Origin: Rubripirellula sp.
GTDB lineage: Bacteria; Planctomycetota; Planctomycetia; Pirellulales; Pirellulaceae
NCBI GenBank assembly: GCA_965216875.1
Contig: OZ244207.1
Location: 224,001-288,000, forward strand
Direction: 5' to 3'
DNA length: 64,000 bases
The notes beneath the pieces are model-generated. The model was not told the origin of the DNA. It did no database searches and was given only the letters and a program-made list of their open reading frames with translations. Below are positions 38,429 to 47,678 of the stretch, in pieces; position 1 is the first letter of the stretch, and every line of letters starts with the position of its first letter. The translations under genes were made by a program, and so were the position numbers.

Positions 38429-39244
38429 ATGTCGCCTCCTGAACCAGGCAAAGTCCAAACGGCAAGTTCACCCGAAGCACGCGACTCGGTGCGTTTTCGT
38501 CCAGCCAAAGTGCTGATGGCGCTGCCCGCCTACAACGAGGAAGCGGCGTTGCCCGAATTGCTCGAGCGAATCGGCGAAGCGTTTGCCGATAGCGGCTTGC
38601 CCTACGAAGTGGTGATCGTCGACGACGGCAGCAGCGATGACACGGCGAACATCGCAAGCCAAATGTCATTTCAGATGCCCATCCACTTGGTCAAGCACGA
38701 AGTCAACCAGGGTCTCGGAACAACGCTTCGCGATGGTCTTCGCGAGGCCGTCGATCGTGCGGGCGAGCGCGACATCATCGTGACGATGGATGCCGACAAC
38801 ACGCATCCACCTGGATTGATCGATCGCATGGTCCGCATGATTCACGAAGGGTGCGACGTCGTGATTGCGTCGCGATTCCAACCGGGTGCGCGCGTTGTGG
38901 GTGTTCCGATCGAACGTCACTTCCTTAGCGTTGGTGCCCGCGTGCTGTTCACGTTGTTGTTTCCGACTCGCGGCGTGCGCGATTACACGTCTGGGTTTCG
39001 TGCCTACCGCGCCAGCGCCATTCGTGCGGCGTTCGCCGAATACGGTGATGACTTTGTCGGTGAAACAGGTTTCTCATGCATGGCTGATGTGCTGTTGAAA
39101 CTCCGTCGACAGGGAGCGCTTTTTGGCGAAGCCCCTTTGCGTTTGCGCTATGACCAAAAGGGTGGCGACAGCAAGATGCGAGTATTCAAGACAATCTGGC
39201 TGACGCTCAAATTGCTCGGCCGTCACCGAGTGGGTGGAAAATAA
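38429..39244 (+). CDS. GT2 polyprenyl-phosphate glycosyltransferase (DPM1-like)
   Basis: PAYNEE, VDDGSSD, TMDADNTH, VIASRF, RDYTSGFR. Confidence 0.9.
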   Translation: MSPPEPGKVQTASSPEARDSVRFRPAKVLMALPAYNEEAALPELLERIGEAFADSGLPYEVVIVDDGSSDDTANIASQMSFQMPIHLVKHEVNQGLGTTLRDGLREAVDRAGERDIIVTMDADNTHPPGLIDRMVRMIHEGCDVVIASRFQPGARVVGVPIERHFLSVGARVLFTLLFPTRGVRDYTSGFRAYRASAIRAAFAEYGDDFVGETGFSCMADVLLKLRRQGALFGEAPLRLRYDQKGGDSKMRVFKTIWLTLKLLGRHRVGGK

Positions 39245-39246
39245 GC

Positions 39247-40653
39247 GTGGCAAACGATTCTCAGGGCAAGCAACCCAAATCAAAGTGGCTGGTGGTTGGC
39301 GGTGGTGTGATGGGCTTGAAGGTCGCCCGTGACCTACAAGCTCGCGGTCAAGACGTGACGGTGGCCGAAGCCGCGCCAACGTTTGGTGGCCTCACCAGCG
39401 CATGGAACCTTGGCGGTGTTGTCTGGGATCGCTTTTATCATGTCACCCTTCTAAGTGACACAAAGCTGCGCGACCAGCTTGAAGAACTTGGCCTGGAAAA
39501 CGAAATCGAGTGGGTCGAGACCAAGACCGGTTTTTACAGTGACGGCAAGTTGCTTTCGATGAGCAACACGGCGGAGTTCCTGCGTTTTCCCCCACTGTCA
39601 TTGATTCAGCGCATCCGCTTGGGCGGCACCATTTTCTACGCGTCGAAGATCAAGAGTTGGCGTCGTCTCGAAAAACTGTCGGTCGAAAAATGGCTGCGTC
39701 GTTGGTCAGGCAAAGGGGCCTTCGAAAAGGTCTGGTTGCCGCTGCTGAAAGCGAAATTGGGCGAAGCCTACAAACAGACCTCCGCAGCATTCATTTGGGC
39801 CCACACCGCGCGAATGTACAAGGCGCGGCGCAGTGGTGCCAAAAAAGAGATGTTTGGCTACGTGCCCGGCGGTTATGCCCGTATTCTCGAGACCTGGGTC
39901 AACTTCCTTTCCGGCCGCGGGGTGAGGATGTTGGCTGACCATCCGGTCCAGAGCATACGTCCGATTGCGGCCGACGCCGGCGGCGGTCTTGAGGTCGACT
40001 TTGGCGACGGACGCGTCGAGCATTTTGACAATGTTGTCACCACGATCGCTTCGCCACTGATCGCGAAATCGTGCGACGCACTCAGGGATGACGAAAAGCA
40101 GAAGCTCGAGAACATCCGCTATCTAGGTGTCGTCTGTGCATCGATGCTGATGAAGAAACCGATCAGTCCCTATTACGTGACCAACATTATCGACACGTGG
40201 GTGCCGCTCACTGCTGTCATCGAGATGTCGACGATCGTTGATTCCGAAAGTCAGTTGGACGGCCAGCATTTGGTGTACCTGCCCAAATACTTGCCGGATG
40301 ACCACGACGGTTTGAAAGAGTCCGACGAAGACTACAAAGAGAAGTGTTTGTCGACGCTTGAAAAGATGTATGACCACTTTTCACGCGACAACGTCGCCGA
40401 CTTTAAAGTCGCTCGTGCCAAGTACGTCGCTGCGCTCGCGACGATTGACTACAGCACACGTCTGCCACCGATCGTGACCAGCGTGCCGGGTTTCTACGCT
40501 CTCAATTCTGCCCACATCCTCGAGGGCAACTTGAACGTGAACGAAACGATCACGTTGGGCGAGGACAAGTTGGCCGAAGAAGTCTGGCCCGATTACGTCG
40601 CCCGCTGTGAGGCCGGAGAGGTGCGCGCCGTCGACCAGCACGCCGTCGTTTAG
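39247..40653 (+). CDS. FAD-dependent oxidoreductase (amine oxidase/protoporphyrinogen oxidase-like fold)
   Basis: VVGGGVMGL...E.....GGL, DRFYH, GYVPGGY. Confidence 0.85.
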   Translation: MANDSQGKQPKSKWLVVGGGVMGLKVARDLQARGQDVTVAEAAPTFGGLTSAWNLGGVVWDRFYHVTLLSDTKLRDQLEELGLENEIEWVETKTGFYSDGKLLSMSNTAEFLRFPPLSLIQRIRLGGTIFYASKIKSWRRLEKLSVEKWLRRWSGKGAFEKVWLPLLKAKLGEAYKQTSAAFIWAHTARMYKARRSGAKKEMFGYVPGGYARILETWVNFLSGRGVRMLADHPVQSIRPIAADAGGGLEVDFGDGRVEHFDNVVTTIASPLIAKSCDALRDDEKQKLENIRYLGVVCASMLMKKPISPYYVTNIIDTWVPLTAVIEMSTIVDSESQLDGQHLVYLPKYLPDDHDGLKESDEDYKEKCLSTLEKMYDHFSRDNVADFKVARAKYVAALATIDYSTRLPPIVTSVPGFYALNSAHILEGNLNVNETITLGEDKLAEEVWPDYVARCEAGEVRAVDQHAVV

Positions 40654-40729
40654 CCTCCTCCCCTCGTTAACACGCTTCGCGTGGTAACGCACTCTCGGAC
40701 GCTCCGCGTCTTCTTCCATCCCCGTTCGT

Positions 40730-40788
40730 CGGTCCCGCCTTTAGGCGGAAGAGCCTGAAGATTCCGGCTAAAGCCGGTACTACGAACT
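40730..40788. repeat. GTAG-type REP doublet (GTAGTACCGGCTTTAGCCGG on the minus strand)
   Basis: The 33 bp at 40756-40788 are identical to 53889-53921; a degenerate inverted partner GTCCCGCCTTTAGGCGG lies upstream. Confidence 0.8.
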
Positions 40789-40913
40789 GGCAGAGCGCCG
40801 CGCGCGATCAGGGCTCATGCGGCGCATGACCTACGGGCTTTCGAAATCGGGTAGGATCAGGAGCCAAATTGGATTTCTTATCCGTTTTTCGTTCCTCTCC
40901 GATCTGCTCATCG

Positions 40914-42026
40914 ATGTTTCCAAGCATTCGTTCCGTTGTCGCAACGTCCCTGGTTTGTGGTTCCCTCCTTTGTGGCAATGAGGCTCGCGGGCAGGTCGAC
41001 GAACCGCTTCCGCGATTCAAGCCGAAGCCAGTCATTTGGGTCGAAGACTACAAGCCGAAGGACGAATCAAAAACCAAGAACGAACAGAACAGCCAGCTGC
41101 TGGTTCGGTACGCGGATCGATTGAAGTCGGCGGGCGAATACGGCCAAGCCGAAGAGGCCTACATTGCAGCAACCAAATACGATCCATCCAACGGGTACGC
41201 CCATTATCAGCTCGCGTGCAACTACGAGCTTTGGGGGAAGCACGAGCAGGCAGTCGAGCAATACGAGACGGCGCTCAAGGTTGGCTACAGTGACTTCCCC
41301 ACCGTCCTGGCTGACGGCGAACTCGGCGGTATACGTGAGCGACCGGAGTTTGCCGACGAGCTGAAGGCGATGCGGAAGACTTACATTGAGTCGGCCAACG
41401 AGATGACGGGGCATCCGATCGCGATTCGGCCCGATGGCGAAAAACCAAAATCGGGTTGGCCGCTGATCTTCCTTCTGCACGGCTATGGCGATTCAAACAC
41501 CAGCTACATCGACAACGCCCAGAAATGGGCCGAAGCTGGATTCCTTGCCGTGGCGTTGCCAGGTTCCGTGCCAGCGGGTGAAGGACGCTACATGTGGTCG
41601 AGCGAATCGACCGACGCCACGCTCAAAGACCTCGAGGACGCGCTCGCGTCGCCGTTGCTAAAGGAGGCCGATCGCAGCAACGTTCACCTGCTTGGTTTTT
41701 CACAAGGGGCACTTCATTCGATGTTGCTCGCCACCAAGCATTCCGACCGGTTTGCCTCCGTGGTCGCGGTTTCTCCCGGCGGTTCATTGGCAAGAGACCT
41801 CTACAATCTCAAGCTCTCGCCGGATGCACGAACTGGAAAATGCTACTTCATTCATGGTGACCAAGAACCGCATGCACCGCTGGTTGAGATTTGGAAGCAG
41901 GCCTATGAGCGGGCAGGTTGGAAGTTCATGAGTGCCACGCATCCGGGCAGTCATCACTTTCCTGCCGACTGGGACCAACGGCGCAAGGAAGTGATCGAGT
42001 TCATGCGCTCAAAATCGCTTCGTTGA
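40914..42026 (+). CDS. Secreted TPR + alpha/beta hydrolase (phospholipase/carboxylesterase-like)
   Basis: TPR-like helices (AHYQLACNY), LHGYG, GFSQG, HGDQE, HHFP. Confidence 0.8.
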   Translation: MFPSIRSVVATSLVCGSLLCGNEARGQVDEPLPRFKPKPVIWVEDYKPKDESKTKNEQNSQLLVRYADRLKSAGEYGQAEEAYIAATKYDPSNGYAHYQLACNYELWGKHEQAVEQYETALKVGYSDFPTVLADGELGGIRERPEFADELKAMRKTYIESANEMTGHPIAIRPDGEKPKSGWPLIFLLHGYGDSNTSYIDNAQKWAEAGFLAVALPGSVPAGEGRYMWSSESTDATLKDLEDALASPLLKEADRSNVHLLGFSQGALHSMLLATKHSDRFASVVAVSPGGSLARDLYNLKLSPDARTGKCYFIHGDQEPHAPLVEIWKQAYERAGWKFMSATHPGSHHFPADWDQRRKEVIEFMRSKSLR

Positions 42027-42033
42027 TTAACCG

Positions 42034-42990
42034 CTAAGAGTCGCTTGCGTCAGCGAACCCGCCGTCGGATAGGGGAGCACCCCATTTTCGGTTCGTGGTG
42101 AACAGGACGTCTGCGATCGTGACAGCGTGCGCGTCGCGTAAGCCGGCGTAGATCTTTTCACGCAGTGCGTCCAACGAGCCGAGGTCATTGAGTTCGTAGT
42201 CGTCCGGCAAAACGATGTGCGCAAGGACCATGCGTTGACGACCGGGTTGCGTCACGCGAATAAATCGTTCTTTCACCGGAACATCTGCTAGATTCGCGTC
42301 GATAATCGACGTGACTTGGTCGACCACCTCTTGGGTCGGTGCGCGGTTTAACAACGCCATCAACGCGTTGTGCGCCATCCTGACCGGAACCAAGATTGAG
42401 ATGGCGACAACGGCCAGGACAACGATGGGGTCGACGTAGGGTGTGAGCCAATCGAGCCCGATGGCACGAAGCAGGAACATGAGGGTAAAGGCGATCAGCA
42501 CACACGATGAGATGGCCGCGTTGACAATCCAATTTTCGGCATCGGCGCGAACCAGCGGACTCTGTGTTTCTTTTGCGCCTCGCCAAGTGATGTAGGAAAC
42601 GCCCCAACACAACGAAGACGCAAAGAGCCCGTAGCCAATCGCCATGGCTGCAGCGATCTCGCGGCCACCTCCGAGCAATGCCTGAATCGCGCCGACCATC
42701 GCAGCCACGGAAACGCCGAGGACCAACATCCCTTTGATCCCGTTGACCAGTGGTTCAAAGAAGGCATACCCGTGCGGGAATCGTTGGTCGTCACCGCCCG
42801 CTACCAGTGAGACAACTTTGATCGTGAAGAGGCCCGACGCAAAGTAGGTGAGGTTGAACAATCCGTCCAATAGAATCGCTTGCGACGAGGTAATCGGCGC
42901 CATGACCATTCCGACGCCTCCCATCACGACGTTTCCGAGAACGGAGATTCCAAGGTACTTCTTTTCGACACCGACGTGAGGCGATTTCAT
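42034..42990 (-). CDS. Cation diffusion facilitator family transporter
   Basis: SQAILLDGLF, RFPHGYAFFEP, six TM helices, VDP motif. Confidence 0.85.
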   Translation of the reverse strand: MKSPHVGVEKKYLGISVLGNVVMGGVGMVMAPITSSQAILLDGLFNLTYFASGLFTIKVVSLVAGGDDQRFPHGYAFFEPLVNGIKGMLVLGVSVAAMVGAIQALLGGGREIAAAMAIGYGLFASSLCWGVSYITWRGAKETQSPLVRADAENWIVNAAISSCVLIAFTLMFLLRAIGLDWLTPYVDPIVVLAVVAISILVPVRMAHNALMALLNRAPTQEVVDQVTSIIDANLADVPVKERFIRVTQPGRQRMVLAHIVLPDDYELNDLGSLDALREKIYAGLRDAHAVTIADVLFTTNRKWGAPLSDGGFADASDS

Positions 42991-43205
42991 CGGGACACCA
43001 AGATCAGGAAAGCAATGATTCGACGAGGTGACAGTGTAGCGCGTGGCGAGTCCTGTTGAAACCAAGCCATTACATCCGGAACGTCCAGCAGAAACCGCAA
43101 TCGACCATCGGGACGTACTGTGAAAACGTCAATCGGTTCAACCGGATTCCATCGGCCGATCGATCATCAATGGATGACATGGACGTTTCACAAGGCACAT
43201 TGGCG

Positions 43206-44660
43206 ATGATCACTGGGTGGAAGCATTGGTTTCTACTTGTGCTTCTATTGGCGAGTCCAATCGCGAGCGTGGCGCGATCGGAAACGCTTGAGTGCGATGC
43301 CGGTCATTGCGACGGGCAAGACTTGATGTGCGATGCTGCGTCCTGTGCCCCGTGGGAAAAGGCCCCGGTTTCCCGCTTCCCATGCAGCAAGAACAGCTTC
43401 TGGGTTCGTCCCACTCTGACCGGCGACTGGTGCGGCTTGCGCACACGGATGCGCGAGTCAGGAGTCACCTTTCGCGGAACGGTCACGCAATTTGGTTTTG
43501 GGGTCGAAGGTGGCATCAACAGCGCCGCCGTGCCGCCAGCACTCGGTCAGGGGGACACGTTCAAATACACCGGTCGAGGTGAATACGACTTCGGTATCGA
43601 TCTCGAAAGAGTGCTGCATCTTCGAGGTGCCAAGTTGCTGATCGGGGCACAGCATTGGTGGGGCCAGTTCGGAAGTGTCTCTTTCAACACTGGTGCTCTC
43701 GTACCTGCAGTGTTGCCGGCCGTCGCACCTCCTGTGCAAAACCGACCTGGCGAAGTCTTTCTGACCGACTTTCTGGTCACGATGCCGATCACGAAGCGAC
43801 TGGTTGTGTTTGCGGGCAAGAAGAACGTCTTGGGCTCAGCCGACCAAGACATCTTTGCTGGCGGCGATGGCACGGACCAATTCATGAACCAAGCCCTGGT
43901 GGCAAACCCAGCCTACCTGCTTGCCTTGCCGTATAGTTCGTTCACCGCTGGCCTGGTCATGCCGCGTGACTGGGGGATGGCAACGCTTTACGTTTGGGAT
44001 CCGCAAGAGAGAACCAAGCAAGGATTAAAGCTTGACCGTCTTTTTTCCCAAGGGGTCATCCTTGGAACGCAAGTAAAGGTCAACACGAACTTTTTCAGCA
44101 AGCCGGGTGAACATCACGTCGGCGGCATCTGGAAACACCTCGACCAGATCGATCTTTCATTGAACCCGCCGCCTGGAATCGGGTTTCCCGGACAAGTCGG
44201 TGCCGGTGGACTTCCAACCAAACGTGACGCATACACCATCTACTATGGATTCGACCAATACGTTCAGGTCTTTCCGGGCGAGCGGCGAAGTCCATTGCCA
44301 ATCAAACCACCACGCGGATGGGGACTGTTTGGTCGGGCTTCGATCAGTGACGGCAATCCCACGCCCTATGATTACTTCCTCAGCCTCGGTGTCGGTGGAG
44401 ACACTCGCTTTGGAAACGATCGTGGCGACGCGTTTGGGATTGGATGGTATTACAACGGCGTCAGCGACAGTTTTTCGCCTGCGGTCAGCACGCTGCTTGG
44501 TCGACGCGAGGGAACCGGTCTTGAGGTCTACTACAAGTTTCAGCTCACTCCTTGGATGGCCGTGACGCCCGACCTCCAATACATCCGCCCTGGATTCGGC
44601 AGTTTCACTTCGGGCGATGATGCCTTTGTCTACGGTTTGCGTCTGAACATGATCCTCTAG
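43206..44660 (+). CDS. Carbohydrate porin (OprB family)
   Basis: Signal peptide, TLTGDWCGLR, C-terminal EVYYKFQLTPWMAVTPDLQYI..PG...VYGLRLN; start uncertain. Confidence 0.85.
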   Translation: MITGWKHWFLLVLLLASPIASVARSETLECDAGHCDGQDLMCDAASCAPWEKAPVSRFPCSKNSFWVRPTLTGDWCGLRTRMRESGVTFRGTVTQFGFGVEGGINSAAVPPALGQGDTFKYTGRGEYDFGIDLERVLHLRGAKLLIGAQHWWGQFGSVSFNTGALVPAVLPAVAPPVQNRPGEVFLTDFLVTMPITKRLVVFAGKKNVLGSADQDIFAGGDGTDQFMNQALVANPAYLLALPYSSFTAGLVMPRDWGMATLYVWDPQERTKQGLKLDRLFSQGVILGTQVKVNTNFFSKPGEHHVGGIWKHLDQIDLSLNPPPGIGFPGQVGAGGLPTKRDAYTIYYGFDQYVQVFPGERRSPLPIKPPRGWGLFGRASISDGNPTPYDYFLSLGVGGDTRFGNDRGDAFGIGWYYNGVSDSFSPAVSTLLGRREGTGLEVYYKFQLTPWMAVTPDLQYIRPGFGSFTSGDDAFVYGLRLNMIL

Positions 44661-44675
44661 TCGCATCGCAGACAA

Positions 44676-45566
44676 CTAGCGAAGCAGCTTTCTTATTGCG
44701 CCGGCGACGCCGAGCGTCACCTCGGTCATTCGCGGGTAGTCAAGCGTCTCGGGTGTATCGGACGGCTGGTGATAGTGCGGATTGCGCAGGAAGCTCGTGT
44801 CGGTCAACATCAGCGCAGGGTAGTCTTGGTCCCAAAACGAACTGTTGTCGCTTAGCCGAATCTCGCCGATCTTTTCAGGCAAGCAAATGGAAAACAACGG
44901 CATCCTTCGCGTGCCCTGTTTGAACCCGCGGCGAAACTGCCAACACAGTTTCCAAGAGGGCATGTTGCCAACCGCAGCCAAGAAATTCCCGCGGCTTGGA
45001 AAGAAACGCCGCATCCAATTTGGGATCGTCGGTGGAATGGTTTGGCTTCCCTTGGCCAGCGCGTAATAGCCCACCATCTCGAGGCACAACATGCCAAGGA
45101 TCTTGTCATTGCGTTGCCGCGACTGCAACGCATGGTGTTGGCTGCCCATGGCGCCAAAATTGAAGTAGGGCGGTTCCTCGCACGCGAACGCAACATACCG
45201 AACGGTGCGTTTGCCGGTGTGCTGTGCGAGGCAGCGACTCACTTCCAGCATCACGGCAACGGCCGAGGCATTGTCGTCGGCGCCAGGCGTTGTGTAGACG
45301 GTGTCGTAGTGAGCACCAAGCAAGACGATTTCGTCGGAACGCCGTGAGCCTTTCTTTTCGACGATCAGGTTCGTTGCTTCATTGCCCAACGCATCGTAGG
45401 TCTCACGCTGAATCTCATATCCAATGTCGTTCCAAACACTTTCGATGTACCCAATCGATGCCGTGATCGTTTTGGGCTTGTCGAGTGTGCGCGGGCCGAT
45501 CAATCCAGCAAGTCGGTCGACGTGCAGACGGAGGTTGTTTTCGATCGTGTCGCGAGAGAGGTTCAT
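44676..45566 (-). CDS. M28 family metallopeptidase
   Basis: GAHYDT, PGADDNASAVA, CEEPP, LEMVG, SDN, PHYHQPSDT. Confidence 0.9.
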   Translation of the reverse strand: MNLSRDTIENNLRLHVDRLAGLIGPRTLDKPKTITASIGYIESVWNDIGYEIQRETYDALGNEATNLIVEKKGSRRSDEIVLLGAHYDTVYTTPGADDNASAVAVMLEVSRCLAQHTGKRTVRYVAFACEEPPYFNFGAMGSQHHALQSRQRNDKILGMLCLEMVGYYALAKGSQTIPPTIPNWMRRFFPSRGNFLAAVGNMPSWKLCWQFRRGFKQGTRRMPLFSICLPEKIGEIRLSDNSSFWDQDYPALMLTDTSFLRNPHYHQPSDTPETLDYPRMTEVTLGVAGAIRKLLR

Positions 45567-46621
45567 CAGTAGGGAGGCGCAAGGCGACGAAAACCATGAA
45601 ACAGAACGACTGACAAAAAGAGCAGGTTGCGGGCGATGACGGCGAACGGGTTGACAGAGGGAGACGTTACCGGTGAATCATGCCCGATGGTATTGGCAAG
45701 GCGTCTGGCCAAGTCTTCGATCCACGCGATGCTGCGAGGCCATTCACGGATCTCGTCGAGCCAGTTTGGGGGAATGCCGTCGCGTCCAACTGACGCACCA
45801 ACAATTCCTCCGACAATCGCCGCCGTTGTATCGGCGTCGCCCCCGCACTCGATCGTCTCGGTCACCGCGGCGCGGAAATCGTGAGGGTGAGACAACCACG
45901 CATGGATGGCCGCGGGAACGGTGTGATAGGTGTAGCCACTGACGCCACTTTGCATGCCTGATGCGGCGACGTACTGGTTGGTCGTTTCGCCGCGGGCCAC
46001 GCTTTCCACGACGGCATACAGCAGTTCGATTAATTCGCTTCCTTCGTTTCCAACGGAGGAGACAACGTCATCGAGCCAGCGGTTCGCATCAATCGTTTGA
46101 TTTCGCGAGGCTTCTCGTGCCGCAAGTGCGACGGCGATCGCGCCGTATTCAGCCTTGGGGTCGCTGTGCGTCAATCGAGCTGAGACGCGAACGTGGTCAA
46201 GCAGCAATCGGTGATCGTCGATCGCCACGCCGAGGATTGCCGACCGCATCGCCGGACCATTTCCGGCCGAGTTGATGCCTGTCTTGGCCTTGTTGGACCA
46301 TCGGAGCCACAACTTGATTCCGCTCAGCGCGGTTGCGCGACCGATTCCAGCCGGGAACGACAACACCCACCACCGCAAATGCCAACTCAACGAATGTCGG
46401 AACTTTGCGACGTCACCGCGGGATTGAATCAGCGATTGGGCGACCAAACAGGAATGCTCGGTGTCGTCAGAGATCATGCCGCGACGAAAGAGGAACCGAT
46501 AGCGGTCTGGCGGCCCGAGCAGTTTTGCAGCTCGCTTGGGGCTCAGTTTTTCATAGGGCAAGCCAAGAGCATCCCCGACCGCTGTGCCCAGTAGACAACC
46601 GATCATTGCGTTTTCGTTCAA
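45566..46621 (-). CDS. ADP-ribosylglycohydrolase family protein
   Basis: AVGDALG, SDDT, SAGNGPAMR, GGDADT; TTG start 7 nt after GGAGGT. Confidence 0.92.
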   Translation of the reverse strand: MNENAMIGCLLGTAVGDALGLPYEKLSPKRAAKLLGPPDRYRFLFRRGMISDDTEHSCLVAQSLIQSRGDVAKFRHSLSWHLRWWVLSFPAGIGRATALSGIKLWLRWSNKAKTGINSAGNGPAMRSAILGVAIDDHRLLLDHVRVSARLTHSDPKAEYGAIAVALAAREASRNQTIDANRWLDDVVSSVGNEGSELIELLYAVVESVARGETTNQYVAASGMQSGVSGYTYHTVPAAIHAWLSHPHDFRAAVTETIECGGDADTTAAIVGGIVGASVGRDGIPPNWLDEIREWPRSIAWIEDLARRLANTIGHDSPVTSPSVNPFAVIARNLLFLSVVLFHGFRRLAPPY

Positions 46622-46771
46622 TGGGGATACCTCCAGCAGCTGTTTTCGCCCAATCGTGCTACGCCTTGGGAAGCGGTTTGGTTTTTCGCAGCCAACCAAA
46701 CGAACGTGCTATCATCTTCACACATGCTCGCTCTGGAAATGCTCGTGCCAACCGCGTCGAAGGTGATTGCT

Positions 46772-47665
46772 ATGTGGATACGAACCTTGTCAACGATCAT
46801 CGTTTGCCTCGTGATCGGATCGGAGGTGGCGAATGCCGAGGGCCCTGCGAAGATTGTCTTTATCTCCGGTTCGCCAAGTCATGGGCCGATGAGCCATGAG
46901 CATCGGGCGGGAAACATGATCCTTGCCGACGCACTGAATCGATCAGGGCTGGACGTTGAAGCTGTGCTCGTTCCGCACTACGGCTATCCCAAAGACGCGT
47001 CGATTCTTGAGGATGCGGCAACGATCGTCATCTTCTGTACCGGACACCGCGGCCATGTCGTCAATCCGCACCTTGATGCTTTCGACGCTTTGATGAAAAA
47101 GGGAACGGGCGTTGTCATGATCCATTGGGCGACCGAAGCCGAAAAAGGAAAACCGGGAGCCAAGTTTCTTCAGTGGATGGGAGGTTTCTGTGATCTCGAT
47201 TGGTCCGTGAACCCGCACTGGAAACCAAACTTCGATGAGTTCCCGCATCACCCGATCGCCAACGGGGTCGAACCCTTTAGCGTGCATGACGAATGGTACT
47301 ACCACATGCGTTTTGTCGACGACATGAAGGGTGTTACACCCATCCTTTCGGACTTGCCGCCACCGGAAACGCTACGCCGACAGGATGGGCCACGCAGTGG
47401 TAACCCAACGGTGCGCAAAGCGGTTGGCAACGGAGAAAAACAACATGTTGCCTGGGCCTACGAGCGTCCCGGGGGAGGACGCGGTTTTGGTTTTACCGGC
47501 GCCCACAATCATGTCAGCTGGCAGGACGACAACTTTCGCAAAGTCGTCCTCAACGCGATCCTTTGGACGGCCAACGTTGATGTGCCAAAGGAAGGTTGTC
47601 CATCGCCCGCCGTGGGCGAGGCAACCATCAAAGAAAACATCGACGACAAGTCCAAACGCAAGTAA
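46772..47665 (+). CDS. ThuA-like domain protein, secreted
   Basis: KIVFISG..SHG...HEHRAG, DEWYYHMRF, GRGFGFTGAH.H..W. Confidence 0.85.
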   Translation: MWIRTLSTIIVCLVIGSEVANAEGPAKIVFISGSPSHGPMSHEHRAGNMILADALNRSGLDVEAVLVPHYGYPKDASILEDAATIVIFCTGHRGHVVNPHLDAFDALMKKGTGVVMIHWATEAEKGKPGAKFLQWMGGFCDLDWSVNPHWKPNFDEFPHHPIANGVEPFSVHDEWYYHMRFVDDMKGVTPILSDLPPPETLRRQDGPRSGNPTVRKAVGNGEKQHVAWAYERPGGGRGFGFTGAHNHVSWQDDNFRKVVLNAILWTANVDVPKEGCPSPAVGEATIKENIDDKSKRK

Positions 47666-47678
47666 GAATGGATACGAG

